NCBI GenBank assembly: GCA_951406725.2
Contig: OX597815.1
Coordinates: 93,434,001 to 93,498,000 of the forward strand
From: Octopus vulgaris
Lineage: Eukaryota
Direction of reading: 5' to 3'
DNA length: 64,000 nt
Numbering within the stretch: position 1 is the stretch's first letter; each line of letters starts with the position of its first letter. This document shows positions 1 to 16,262 of this stretch, piece by piece. Position numbers and translations under genes: made by a program. The notes below the pieces were generated by a model, which was not told the DNA's origin, made no database searches, and saw only the letters and a program-made list of their open reading frames with translations.

Positions 1-205
1 AGACCTACATTCACTAGAATCTGAACCATGTACTCCCTGCTGGATCTATACTCATTAGAATCTAGGTCATATTCTCCCTACTGGATCTATATTCCCTAGA
101 ATCTGAGTCATGTATTCCTGCTGGATCTATATTCAATAGATTCTAGGTCATGTACTTCTCTAGTGAATCTATAGTCACTAAAATTGAGGCCATGTACTCT
201 TTCTT
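1..205. repeat. Minisatellite, about five diverged 40-42 bp units
   Basis: Recurring unit resembling TGGATCTATATTCACTAGAATCTAGGTCATGTACTCCTGC starting near 1, 41, 82, 122 and 164. Confidence 0.8.
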
Positions 206-1589
206 ACCCTCCCATTGGATCTATGTTTACTCATTGCTTCAAAGCATTTCTACCTATCTATATATTGCCTTTTCAAAAGTTCCCACCACCACTAACTCAC
301 CACTGAAAACTTCAAATAAAGATTATCAGAAGAGAATAAAGTTGGTTTTGTTTTATTAGATATTGAGAGGAAGACCTTTGCAAGTCCTATCAGACTGAGA
401 GAGTGATGTGGTTCATGTTCAGTTTGAACATCTGCTGGTCTATGTCCAGAGATAAAATGTGTGTAGAGATAATTCCAGAGGAGTTGCATTTCCAAGGAAA
501 GACTAGAGAGAGTGTTCTTCTCAGGTTCTGAGATATAAGACGCACTGATGGTAACAGGACGATGAAGTTGGTTACTTCAGAAGGTGGGGTTTATTTTAAT
601 ATAATGATTCATTAAGATGAATAATTAAATTGGAGAAACTTTCCTTGAAAGGAAAAACTAGCTTACTACAAGTATGATTCCTTACTACCAAACCCAACAC
701 ACACACATATCCTTACAACCTATGTCCCCCACCCCCAAATTAATAATTAGGTGGGTAACTAGGCATGTAAAATTGCTCCAATATTCAAGTTACTGCATAC
801 AATGGAAACCTCTTACATGGTCATTCGACCAGCTAAAATTCACAAATCTCCAAATTACACTTCAGTATTAAAATAAAAATTCGATGTATCAGTCTTAGAT
901 AATCTTAAAATGGTAGGACAGGATGGATGGTCATCGCTGAAATAATATTTACTTACTTTTCACATGGTCTGCTTTTCTTAGCTCTATGAATTCAAATCTA
1001 TAGGAGGTAACAATTGTTACTTAGCAGTTCTGATGGAGAAAAATCAACTGCCCAAAATGAATATGAACTCATAATTCTAAGAAAACCAAACTAAGTAAAG
1101 AATAAGTAAATATCAAAAACCAAGAAAGAATTCAGAGTAGCAATAATAAATTTTATAGATAATGAATAAATTAATCAACTTCCTATCTTGATCAATTAAC
1201 ATTAGAAACTTAATGTCTCAAATCTTTCTTTGAAAAATCCTATAATTAAATTAGCATTATCTAATATTCAATAACGAAATGTTCAGTTTGAAAATATTTT
1301 ATATCACATGGGAGATTTAATAGATTTAAACAATTTATTTAAATTTAACATAATAAAAAGTTCACTAATCAAAAATAAAAAAATCTCTTGGCATTATTAA
1401 CACTATTTTATGAGAATTAAATGTTAAGGTAAAAAATGGCAATGATAACAATGGTTAGTAGCTCGATGATGATAGTGGTAGGAACAATATTGACTGATTT
1501 GTTAAGTTCTAAAACCTGAACCACCTGATTTTTTTCCAATGCAATACTAAAATTTATCTTTACAAGGAGTTAAAATTTAAAGACAAATA

Positions 1590-2710
1590 ATCAGCAGTAC
1601 TCCTTATCAGATATGGAGTTGGAATTGTAGACTTGACCAAAAACAATATACAGAAACTTGACAGAAAAATTAGAAAACTATTGACAATGCACAGAGTCGA
1701 GCATCCAAAAGCTGATATCAACCAGATGTACCTGAAGAGAGACTAGGGTGGAAGAGGCTTAATTGCCATGGAAGAGTGTATAGAGATGGAAAGAAAAAGT
1801 CTACTAAAATATTTACAGAACAGCTCAGAGAAACTACTAAAGACAGTGAATAAAGGACAGGTGATCAAGTGTGGAATAGGAGAAAAGGACAAGAATGAAA
1901 TTCAAAGAGAGCACATTAGACAGATCGAAGAGAAACTTCTACATGGTCAGTTTTGGAGAGCCACTGAAGATGTATATGGAACAAAATACTGGGCTTGGTT
2001 AAAAAAAGGGCAATTAAAAAAAAGAAATTGTAGCACCCCAGGATCAAGCAATAAAAACAAACAACTTGAGGAAAAATGTATATGGGGAGAATATGTCAGA
2101 AAAATGTAGAGTCTGTGGAATTTAGAACGAGACAGTGGTACACATTGTTGCAGAATGTCCCAAGTTGGCACAGAAAGAATATAAGAAATGGAAGCATGAC
2201 CAGGTTGTAAAAGTTTTTACACTAGAAGCTTTGCCAGAAATAGGGATTTGAAGCCAGAAACACATGGTGTGAACATCAGTTGAAAGACTGATGGAGTCAG
2301 AGAATTGTAAGATTCTGTGGGACTTTCTTATTCAAATGGACAAGACGTAGAAAATAATAGACAAGACAGTTCCAGGAACATGTAGAGGGAAGATGAAAAA
2401 CAAAAGAAAATACAATCCCTTAAAATTTGAATTAGCAAGTATTTGGAATATGAAAAGCGTATAAGTTGTGCCTATAATAATTGGAGCATTGGGAACTGCA
2501 AGCAAAGATATAGACAAATGGTTGTAGGAGATTGGAATAGAATGTCCTGCAGAGCTTCTGCAGGAAGTTTGACAGGAAAGACTATGAGTAAGGTCTTAAG
2601 CAATTGAAAGCTTGTGGATACCCAAAGGCTACAGGTAGTAACCTGCTACCCACATAAATTTCTACCAGGAATAAGTATGAGCCCAAGTCGTCATAATAAT
2701 AATAATAATC
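1590..2710 (+). mobile_element. Degenerate 3' part of an R4/Dong-type non-LTR retrotransposon (restriction-like endonuclease clade)
   Basis: Manual translation gives AVLLIRYGVGIVD..LDRKIRKLLTMHRVEHPKADINQMYLKRD*GGRGLI, a CCHC finger KCRVCG*NETVVHIVAECPKLAQKEYKKWKHD, then KILWDF and VVPIIIGALG. Stops and frameshifts are present. It ends in a (TAA)n tail near 2694-2709. Confidence 0.8.
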
Positions 2711-2730
2711 ATCATCATCATCATCATCAT

Positions 2731-2945
2731 CCTTTCTACTAAAGGTACAAGGCCTGAAATTTTGTGGGAGGGGACTGGTCAATTGCATCTACCCCAGTGT
2801 TTTACTGGTACTTAATTTATCAACACCAAAAGGATGAAAAGCAAAGTTAACCTTGGCGGAATTTGAACTCAAAACATAAAGATGGACGAAATGCTGCTAA
2901 GCATTTTGCCGACATGCTAACAATTCTACCAGCTCACTGCCTTAA
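2731..2945 (-). mobile_element. tRNA-derived SINE, degenerate
   Basis: The minus strand has a B-box-like GAGTTCAAATTCC followed by a SINE central-domain-like CCAAGGTTAACTTTGCTTTTCATCCTTTTGGTGTTGATAAATTAAGTACCAG. Confidence 0.6.
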
Positions 2946-4017
2946 TAATAACCCTTCTACTATAGGCACACACACATTCATTGTAAACCACAAACAAAAA
3001 AGGTTAACTAACTAATTACTAAACAAACAACATGTGTTAGCACACTGACATGTGTTTACTCTTTGTCACCTCAAAGGAACTATAGTGATCCTTATCTTTT
3101 ATTTTACAACTTACAGTATTTGACCATTGAGGTCTATGCCACTAAACTTTATTAGGTGGTATGATTAACTAGAAAGCAGCACAGCCATAACACCACCACC
3201 GCTACCACAATCATCGAAATATCCACTTCACAGTAGCCAAGTCTTTCTCATCTTACATCCCTATCAATTTAAGAAAGAAGAAAACATTGAATAGTAGTCC
3301 CAAATATCTAGGCAAAAAATGGAATCATCACAATTAGAACACCTTTGATCATACATTTGCTTAATCAAAATTGATCTGAGAGTTGAAATAATAGCAGTGT
3401 TTCTATACACTGTTGTATGTGTTCGTACATGTAAATACAAACACTGTATATGTACTTTGACTCAAAACCAACAACAGTGATATGTAGCTAAGGTACAGCT
3501 AATAATGCCTTAGTTCTAATTAGTGTTGTACACTGATGAGATAAGAAATAGCAACCAACAGCTATATGACTTGACAGGAACTCTGTAATAATTCATCCTG
3601 AAAAATACTCCCATCAATATACAAAACATGCCTATATTGGAATATTCCCTACTTATTCCTCAACTGTATGTCTACAGTCGCAATATTTATTTACAAACAT
3701 CTGTTTCAACATAGAAGCTTATCTCCATTTGTTTACCACCTTGATTTATAACTAACAGCTGTAGTCTGGTTTGCTTTTGCAAGTTGCTATATATAATATA
3801 CAAGCATACATTGATATGTAGTACACTTCACTAGACCACTAGACCTTTTAATCAACTATTCAATGTGTGTGCATACTTACATACATGCATATATACACAC
3901 ACACACAGACAGAAATCATGCGAGTATAAATGGATGTGTATGTAGAGAGAGAGAGAGATACATACATATGTACACAAACACACACACGTGTGTATATATA
4001 TATATATATATATATAA

Positions 4018-4340
4018 AGGAGCACTCTGTTGGTTATGACAAGGGTTCCAGCTGATATGATCAGCAGAACAGCTTTCTCATGAGATTAACGTGCAAGCGG
4101 CTGAGCACTCCACAGATACAGGTGCACCATTACATATTTCTCAGGGAGATTTGGCATGACACAGAGTGCGACAAGGCTGGCCCCTTGAAATACAGGTACT
4201 ACTCTTTTATGCCACCTGAGTGGACTAGAACACCATGAAATAAAGTGTCTTGCTCAAGGACACAACGCACTGTCAGGAATCGAACTCGCAACCGTATGAT
4301 TGCAAGCCGAATACTCTAGCCATTAAGTCACGCGCATTCA
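4018..4340 (-). mobile_element. tRNA-derived SINE
   Basis: Minus strand: A-box-like TGACTTAATGG, B box GAGTTCGATTCC, then GTGTCCTTGAGCAAGACACTT. Flanked by (TA)n on both sides. Confidence 0.75.
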
Positions 4341-4342
4341 TG

Positions 4343-4378
<36 letters not shown>

Positions 4379-6099
4379 TTTATCTCGTATAGAATTTTGT
4401 ATACTGTTATTCATCTAGTGCTGTTTTTCTTGGTTCTTTTTAATTATGCAATAAACCTTGGTGAGAAATATACCTCTACTCTTTGTATGTCTAAGTATGT
4501 TTTCTGTTGAAATTAGGGTGGGACGACTGCTGTGCTGATGATGCCTATTGAGGTAGAAATGTGTTGACAGCTGTTGCTTCCAGATGGTCAGAGCTATCCT
4601 ATCCTAAATGGCATACCAGTTGAGGTGGATTCTTGATTCTTGAGACTAACTCCTCTTTTCATTTGGAGGTAGTTCCAATTGCTTCTTCTCTCTAAAGGAA
4701 GAGAATTTCAATAAATCAAGAATTTATCTTGTATGGTGTTTGGTATACCTTAAGATATTTTTTTTTAATAATCCATATCAATGCCATTAGCCACTCTAAG
4801 CTATTTCTATTGAATATTTTTGTTTATATAATCACCTTCATCATCTTTTTAGCATCTGCTTTCCGATGCCAGAATAGATCAGATGAAATTCACTGAGGCA
4901 AATTTTCTACAGTCAGATGCCCTCCTCTCACCTTGTTGACAACCCTCACTTGTTTCCAAGCAAGATAATGATATCCCTTGAATCAGGACAGGTTTTCACA
5001 GAAGATCTTAAAGAAGCAACATGGTTTGTATCACAATGTAAGAAGTTTACTTCCCAACCAAATGTGTGGGTACACGTGCTTTACTATTTCTTTGCCAGGA
5101 CATCATATGATGTCTGATCAAAGGTAAATATTACTTTACCTGGAAACGGGGCATCTGGGCATAGAAAAAACATGGACATTAAACCAATGATGATAATGTC
5201 ATTACAAGAAGATTCCCCATCCTACATGCACACACACACACACACACACACACAAACAAACACAATGAGCTTCTTTTCAGTTTCAGTCTAACAAATTCAT
5301 TACAAGGTTTTGATCAGCCTAAAGTTGACGGCACTTGCCCAAGGTGCTATGCAGTGGGACTCAACCCAAAACCAAGGGACTCAATCATGCAACCAAGCCT
5401 ACATCTCTGTTTATGCAAATATATACATACACATTTACATATACATGCATACATATACATATACATGCATATATACTTATATTTGTGTGTATGTGTGTAT
5501 ACTATCAAGCCTGCATCTTTGATAGTCTCATCTAACATGCCTGTTAATCACCCTTCTATTGCACACACCCACTCCTTATCACACATCCTTCTTATCATTC
5601 ATCTCTCTATGACCCATGCCCCTGACAACCACCTATCTATCACCCATACCACTAGCACACATTTCTCAATCACTTTCTCCTGTGACTAAGAATGGCAATA
5701 GAGATCTGTTCACCATCCATTACTTCAGTGTAACCAAGCATGCACTAGCACCATCTAACCTACTCACCAACACCTCACCTACTTCCTCTCTCATCCTTAT
5801 CACCATAGTGCTCTTTCCCCCATCCTGCAGCATATGAATAAGAGACCTCATTAGATATGCATGTAGGCCATATATGCTGCTCATGTCCTCCCCTTGGCCA
5901 TTTGGTATCAACATCTATCATTCACTCTCACCATTTATCCACCTCTTGCTGTCCATTACACTATAAACCTTATCTTCTCTAGTGCCGGTACTACAATAAA
6001 TTGCACCCAGTGCATTTCTGTTCAGTAAAAAGCCAAGAGGCCCCTTTAGTCTTGTCGAAGTGAGTACAAAACAATGATCCTGAGGATAGATATGTGAAT

Positions 6100-6164
6100 G
6101 TTATGATGAAGATCATGTGTGTGTGTGTATATATATATATACATACATATACACACACACACAC

Positions 6165-6217
<53 letters not shown>

Positions 6218-6280
6218 CACATATACATATACACACATACCTATTTATATATATATATATATATACATATACACACGTGC

Positions 6281-6326
<46 letters not shown>

Positions 6327-6368
6327 AGAGAGAGAGAGACACACATGCACACATACTCATATATAAAA

Positions 6369-6401
<33 letters not shown>

Positions 6402-6440
6402 GTTATAAACATAAACATGCATATACACAACACATACACA
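6100..6440. repeat. Compound (TA)n/(CA)n/(GA)n microsatellite
   Basis: Direct inspection. It accounts for the overlapping YIYI/HTHT ORFs. Confidence 0.95.
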
Positions 6441-6744
6441 TTTGCACACCCAATCAAAACATTGCCAACAACTTATCAAAGTACTCAACATATCAGTAAT
6501 ATCTCTATTATCAAATAAAGTGCAATCTGAAATGTAGATTTATTCAAGAATCCTTACAGATATAAATCTGCTTCAGAAGTTGGAACTGATTATCAAATGA
6601 ATATCATTTTTATTTTTATATAAAAAATTCTGAAAAAATCTGTTAGATGCATTGAACTTGATACTAAGGTTATTTCAAAACGACTTGTAGATATAATTTT
6701 AGGGCAGATTTCACAGATTAATTAAAATTCTACAGACAACTTAA

Positions 6745-7075
6745 AGGTGCAGGTATGGCTGTGTAGCTGAGATGTTTGCTTCACAATGATGTAGTTTCAG
6801 GTTCAATGACGGCCACAGCATGCCATCTTGGAAAAGTATTTTCTACTAAGCAAATCCTTGTGGGCAATTGATAGAAACACATAGAAACAACAGGCATTGA
6901 CAGAGCTTCTGTGTGGAAGCCTGTCATACATGTAAACATATAAGTGTGCACGCACCTGCATCTTTCTATCTGCCTCCACCTCACCACTTGAAACAGGTGT
7001 TAGTTTACATCCTAGTACCAAATAACACCAATAAAATAAGTACCAGATTTAAAAGAAGTAGTGAGTTCAATTTGT
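6745..7075 (+). mobile_element. Degenerate copy of the abundant tRNA-derived SINE family
   Basis: Similar to the 43316-43730 copy (GGTGCAGG..GCTGTG head, GGTTCAAT box, TTCTACTA..CCTTGTG..GTAGA body, AATAAGTACC tail). Confidence 0.55.
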
Positions 7076-7102
7076 TCAATTATACATACACATCATATTA
7101 TT

Positions 7103-9784
<2,682 letters not shown>

Positions 9785-9790
9785 TATATA

Positions 9791-10163
9791 CTAGCAGTAT
9801 CGCCCGGCGTTGCTCAGGTTTGTAAGGGAAATAACTATAAAGCATTTGTAGAGAGTTATAGCCAAAAAATAGCCAAAAAATGGGAAAAAATGATGGTAAA
9901 TTTTTTGAGAGTTAAAAAAGGTGGAGTTGCGTCCCCTAGACAGTTTGTGGTTTGTATTTCTGATTCTCGACCCCATGTCGAATTTAGCGATATTTTTCAG
10001 AACTGTGTGAACTTTTCAAAATTTTCGCTGCGTTAGTTTTGAATTATGACATTGGGCTATGTGTGTGTCAAGTTTCATCAGAATCGGTTGAAAGCCGTGG
10101 TCAGGGTGAGGGTACAAGCAAACAGACACACAGAAACACGCACAGACAAACTGCCGTTTATAT

Positions 10164-10172
<9 letters not shown>
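9791..10172 (-). mobile_element. Non-autonomous Helitron (about 380 bp)
   Basis: The minus strand starts TC(TCTATATATAAACGG) and ends with a GC-rich subterminal hairpin-like CCTGAGCAACGCCGGG followed by CTAG. It sits between A and T with no TSD. Confidence 0.75.
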
Positions 10173-10196
<24 letters not shown>

Positions 10197-10209
10197 TAGA
10201 GAGAGAGAT

Positions 10210-10246
<37 letters not shown>

Positions 10247-10639
10247 TCGATTTTCATAGCCATCTACCCTTATATACACTGGTGCTGCTGAGGTTATAGA
10301 TTTAACTGGCTTGTATCTTTCTACTTTTTGAAAGTATCCCTCAGAACCCCAGCAGCCACTATTCCAACAGCCAGCTGCAAATACAAATACCCCAGCGGCA
10401 GCTTTACTGGCTGCCACATTGTACTGTTTACAAACATATTGCTTAACAACTCCTCAGCCAACTAGTGACATTGCATCTGATCGTCACCTTGCACGTGCAC
10501 TATCATAGGAAGTACTTCCCAATGATTGAAGCTGCTCCTGCTAGTTTTTTGTGAAAATGAGTTGGACAAACTTGTCTGTGAGTGATGTCTTGAACCAAGT
10601 GTTGTTGTCTGAAGAAGAGGACACTGACAATGATGATTA

Positions 10640-11483
10640 AAGCAATGATGCTGATTTTGAGAGTGGATCTGACAATTTAGATCCAGAAAGTGATAGTGAT
10701 AATCCCAACAATTATGCTGCTGTACAAAATGTACAGCCACCAGCAAATGTGCATGGTGCAGTGCCTATCGGTCATCAGAATAGTGGGCATGTTTGTGGCA
10801 GGAATGGCAGGTGTGCTCCATATGGAAGCTGGTGAGGTTGTAGGCCCAATGTTCCACCCAGAGTAACAGCCAATACTCCTCCAGGATGGTAGAGAGACAC
10901 TATAGGCTTTGCAGAGCACCAATTTACACCAGATAATCCACCAGGGCCCAGGAACATGCCTGACACTATAAATGTAGACAGCACTCAAATTGATTATTTT
11001 AGTTTATTCTGGAATGACGATTTATGGGATATTTTACTCGAGGAAACTAAGAATCAAGCAGAATGTGTATTTCGGGTGAAGCCAAATAATTTCTCAGCAA
11101 AAATTTTGCATGAGCAAAAACTTTCATTGGAAGCACTAAAAGCCATTTTTGGTCTCCAGGTGACTAATGGAAATGCTGGTGCACAAGGATTGCTATGACC
11201 AGTACTTTACTAACACTGACCTCAGGTTTTCCAAAGATCATGTGCCACAACAGATTTCATGCTATTTGATCTTTATTGTACTGTGTGAACAAGGATGATC
11301 AGAACATTGATAGGAATGATAAATTGTACAAGACTCATCCTATATTCACTCACTTGCTTGATAAATTCAAACAACACTATGTGTGTGGCTGTGATTTATC
11401 GCTAGATGAAGGAATGATCCCCACAAAGAACAAGCGTTCATTCAAGCAGTATATAAAAGATAAGCCAATATGTTGGGGAATAA
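10640..11483 (+). pseudogene. piggyBac (PGBD-type) transposase fragment, truncated at an RTE insertion
   Basis: DYFSLFWNDDLWDILLEETKNQA, DKLYKTHPIFTHLLDKFKQHY and LSLDEGMIPTKNKRSFKQYIKDKPICWGI (first catalytic Asp and KP-x-WG motif). Frameshifted. Confidence 0.85.
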
Positions 11484-12292
11484 GAGAGCTCTTACCTCTC
11501 AGAGTGAAAGGCAGATTGTATGATACCTGTGGGTGAACAGCTATGTTACATAGAAAGAAATGAAGCCAGTTTGCTTCGCTGGATGTGTGATGTCTGTGTG
11601 CATGTTCAACAGAGTGTAAGTATCTTAAGAGAAAAGTTGGGCATAAGAGGAAAGAGAGATGACTGCATTGGTATGGTCATGTGATGTAGATGAAAGAGGA
11701 CAGCTGTGTAAAGAAGTGCCAATCTCTAACTGTGGAGGGAACCTATGGTAGAGGTAGACCCAGGAAGATGTGGGATGAGGTAGTGAAGCATAATCTTTCA
11801 ACTTTGGACCTCACAAAGGCAATGACTAGTAACCAAGACTTTTGGCGATATGTTGTACTTGAGAAGACCTGCCAAGCCAAGTGAAATCACAGTTGTGACT
11901 GATGCTGGGGGCACATAAAAAGCACCTTTCAAGTGTTGGGCCTTATGGAGGCAAAGTGACTGAGCTCCTTTCAAGTGTTGGGCCTGACGGAGGCAATGAC
12001 TGAGACCTTTGGCATTATGTTGTGCTTGAGAAGACACATCAAGCCAAGTTAAATCGCAATCATGGCAGATACTGGTGTCACACAAATGGTACCCATATTG
12101 ATGGCACATAAAAGCACCCATTGCACTCTTGGAGTGGATGGCGTTAGGAAAGGCATCCAGCCATAGAAACCATGCCAAATCAGCCTGGAGTCTAGTGCAG
12201 CCTTCCAACTTGCCAGCCTTGGTCAAACTGTCCAACCCATGCCAGCATGGACAATGGACGCTAAATGATGATGATGATGATGATGATGATGC
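11484..12292 (+). mobile_element. RTE-clade LINE 3' fragment with 3' UTR and (GAT)n tail
   Basis: RELLPLRVKGRLYD and VEGTYGRGRPRKMWDEVVK. Terminal CCAACCCATGCCAGCATGG..TAAATGATGATGAT is shared with other copies in the window. Confidence 0.88.
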
Positions 12293-14764
12293 AAATAACA
12301 TGGTTCAACCCATATTTCAGCATAAAAAGCCTATACCTATAAATTTTTCTCATAAGCCCAACAGAGATATCACAAAATCATTAATAGGAATACAGTAAAA
12401 CCATCATATTCAAAAGCACCAAATTACTCAGAATATAGCTCCAGTATGACATAGTTCTAGTATGACTGAGACACAGTATAAATAAAGATAATAATCAGGC
12501 AATAATTACATTTACATTCATCTGAATATTTGCACAATGAAGAATAATTGTCAGACAAAGGAGTTAGTGTACTGTTAAAACTTCAACTCTACAATGGTCT
12601 GTTTAGGATTAAGCACTAATATATTTAAATATGTGTATATGCAAACTCACTCAATTCATAATAAGGTCAGAAGCAATGTGATTTTACTATTATCAGATTA
12701 CGTTTAGGAGCTAAAAGAATTCAATATTCTAAATTGAATAAGTGTGTAGTGAAGTTGGACTAGAGTATGAATGGGAAAAGAAGTTCTCGTAATTTGTGTA
12801 TCATGGAAACCTTGAGTTCCTTACTAAGGATTAACTACTCAATAAGAATTTGTTAAGTGTTGTTTTAAAAAGGCATAAACTATTTAGAACATGCCTACAT
12901 TACACCCCAAATCTTTAAAGACTGATTCTGAACATATTATTTCAGAGTAACTTATAAATTTGTGTGCGTGTGTTATAGTTTTAAACTAATGTTTATATCC
13001 AAGTTTTAAACATGTTTCTGGTTTTGTTCATAGTTCAGTTTCTAAATCAGGCTATACATTACACTTTTCAAACATTTTTGAATAAGTTCCTATATCATCT
13101 TTCATACAAGGTATTTTAATCATTTTCAAACTTGGTTTCTGAACTAGGCTTAAACATAAATCTTAAAAGTATTAATACCATTCATAACACATATGTGTAT
13201 GAATGGGGGAGGGTGCATGAATGTACACATGCACACAGCCCAAAACCTATGTATATATGTCATAAATGACCCAGTTTCTTTAATTTATTACAATACTATT
13301 ATACATGTCTATATATATATATACACAATGATATATCTGTGGCTATAAGTATGTATTATTGCATTATAAATACATATAATTGTGTCATGTGTGATGTATC
13401 AAGGTAAATAATGAAGTTTTTATGCAAAGTAATCAATTTTAAAAAGTGGAATTTTAATAAATCAACTGAATCCACCTTTATTCGATATTGATGTGTAAAA
13501 TAGCTTTCGACAAGACTTTGAGACAGTTTAATGCATTTAACAGATTTTTCCATATTCTTTAGACAAAACAACATAACATTCACTTTTCCTTTTATGCACA
13601 TGTACAGACGTATATATACATACATGTGTACAAGCATATGCATATACATATACATACACATACATATGCATACACATACACAATGCTCAAGCATGTGTAC
13701 ATGTGTGTGTGAGTGTATGATGTGCACATGTGCTAGCTTTATATCCTCTTTGCATTGGACCAAAATTTTAAAATCTTCAAGCTGCCTGTAAACACAAATC
13801 AATCTTTTTGGAAATCAGTTGTTTGGTCATTTGGCTATAAATTTCTTCCAAGTTGAAGAGGGAAGATTTTCTGCTGACACTAATGGTACAATGGATCCAA
13901 CTCCTCTAAGTGGAGTACTTTTATAATAGATAAATTGATGTTGAAAGTTTTGTCTCAAGCTGCAACATCATTAAGTCACACACAAGTGACTGAGCAAAAG
14001 AAAAATGATTTTGCGTAACACCATGAACTGGCAGCTGTTACAAGAACTTCTAAGAAATAGCCATACATTATCATCATCATCATCATTATTTATGCCTGTT
14101 TACCTGCAAATCAATAGACATGTTTTGAATCAAGAAGAAATATTTTACTACCCTACAGAATTTTAAAATTCACAAGAGCATTCATATTTCCTGCTATACA
14201 GACATAGCTAATAATGCTACTGTGTGATTTAATTCAGTGTAGTTATGCAATGGCACAAGACAAATGATTAAGAAGCTTATGCAACATGTCAACCAAACTC
14301 ACTGGGTGCACCAAAAGAAAGGATGTAATTATAACCAGACTTCCACTCATATGAACAGATGTGCTCTTTTGATTTAGAAGATTTGAGTTTCTAGGACATC
14401 TAAGTTTTACCCTCTCAATCACTCTCATGAACAAACACTGACAGTTACTAGGTAATTTCTTGAGGAATAATGCTTTGCTAATGGCCAATTTTATGTAACT
14501 TTTATGTTATGGCCAATTTCATGTATAGAGTTGGAGACTCCTCGTAATCTCTTTAAGCTGCCATTGGTAAAGCAAACAAATAAAATAAAATAAAAAAGCA
14601 TTGTATACCCTGAAGGTCTTATATGAAAATGTTCAGAGAGGTAAAGATCTAACATATAAAGTATGGCTCATAGCAACCTTTAATATAATTTATTTATCCC
14701 AGTATGTATTGCAGTTCTAATATTTAAATGTGTGGGTTTCTTCTGGGTACACCATTTTTCACAT

Positions 14765-15490
14765 GTGGAGTACTTTTATCCCCACTTAAACATGAATGTT
14801 CTATTAGAACAAACTACACTGCAGTAGATATCCTGAGAGAAGCTCTCGTATTAGATTTTGGTGCAGAATGTACTTTTGTTTATATCACAAGCAAGGAGAT
14901 ACATCCCTGCCACCTCCAGTGCTGAAACTGGAGGTGGCATGAAATCACAAGAACATATGATTTCAACCTTTCTTGGTCTTATCAATGATGGACACTTGAC
15001 AGCTAGAAGTAGCAGTAACTCATCTCCTCACCAGCAATATATAGAATAACAGTGCCAGAAGAGGTGCTGGTGTCACAATTAGCCAGTAAGCTTGTTAAAA
15101 ATATATATATTAGTGACAAACTATACTGCAGTAGATACCGTCAGAGAAACTCTCATACTGGCTTTTGGCACAAAATATGATATATTTTTTTAACAAGCTC
15201 AGGTTAATCATGGTACCAGTGCCTGTTCTAGCACTGTTATTCAATATATTGCTAGCAGGGAGATGAATCACTACTACCTGTAGTAATTGAGTGTCCATCA
15301 TTAACAAGACCAAGAAAGGTCAAAATCACATGATCTGGTGGTTTTCACACTGGAGATGAGGGGGATTTATCTCCCCACTAGTGATATAACCAAAAGCCTT
15401 TATGAGAATTTATCTCATGATATCTAATACAGTATAGTTTGTTCTAACAGAACATCCATGTTTAAGTAGGGATAAATATTACCTCTCCAT
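14765..15490. repeat. Long imperfect inverted repeat (foldback or MITE-like), arms about 310-340 bp
   Basis: TTTATCCCCACTTAAACATGAATGTTCTATTAGAACAAACTA near 14775 pairs with TAGTTTGTTCTAACAGAACATCCATGTTTAAGTAGGGATAAA near 15436-15477. ACCTTTCTTGGTCTT pairs with AAGACCAAGAAAGGT, and AGCTTGTTAAAAA with TTTTTAACAAGCT. Confidence 0.85.
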
Positions 15491-16043
15491 ATTAATACTG
15501 TCCTTGTGTCACTAATACATCTTTTCCATGTATTATAAGAATGATTTAATTTCCATCAGTAGTTTACTTTCTGACACTTTTGTTTCTATTCCTTTTCTAA
15601 AGTATTTTAAAAACTTTAAGATTCATTATTTAATTATTTCAAGAAAATCACGAATAAAAGTTTAATTAACTGTTTTCACATTTAATCCTGTGTTCTTCTT
15701 TAATTTCTTTGAATCAGTATTTGTAATGTACACAAATTATGAAATATACTATTGATAGTGAATGTCTACCTCCATCTAGCACAGTACATTAGACATCAGA
15801 CTGCTATAACCATATTGGATAATTTCATTTCTTACATGAAAAATAACTTTTCAAGAGAAATCTAATAGTGTTCTAATAAACGTTCATTAAAAACAATTAA
15901 TAGCTACTTTTCAGCCTTGGTAATGGTGAGTACTCTGCTGACTAGCATGTGTGTATGTGTACATATACACATACACTACATATATGAGTGTGTGTGTGTG
16001 TATATATAAATATATATATATATATATATACATATGGTGTCCC

Positions 16044-16122
16044 TGTCTATACATATGGGTGTCCCTGTTTTAATAGGTATATGTAGGTACATATTTTTTG
16101 TTTTGGTTGTACCTAAGTATCT

Positions 16123-16159
<37 letters not shown>

Positions 16160-16262
16160 ATGCACACATATGTGTGCATGAGAAGATACTAAGGTACAAC
16201 CAAAACAAAACATATGTACCTACATATACCTATTAGAACAGGGACACCCATATGTATAGACA
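16044..16262. repeat. Near-perfect palindrome with a (CT)n expansion in one arm
   Basis: Arms of about 80 bp (TGTCTATACATATGGGTGTCCCTGTT / AACAGGGACACCCATATGTATAGACA) around a perfect 24-nt centre TCATGCACACATATGTGTGCATGA at 16158-16181. Confidence 0.9.

Noticed and set aside
4617-4691. Possible 75-nt minus-strand exon (cctttag|AGAGAAG..ACTG|gtatgc)
   Set aside because: Phase-compatible, but the peptide RRSNWNYLQMKRGVSLKNQESTST has no Trio similarity and would interrupt the SEC14 domain. Probably a chance pseudo-exon.
5991-6518. Many YIYI/CVCV/HTHT ORFs here and elsewhere
   Set aside because: They are translations of dinucleotide microsatellites.
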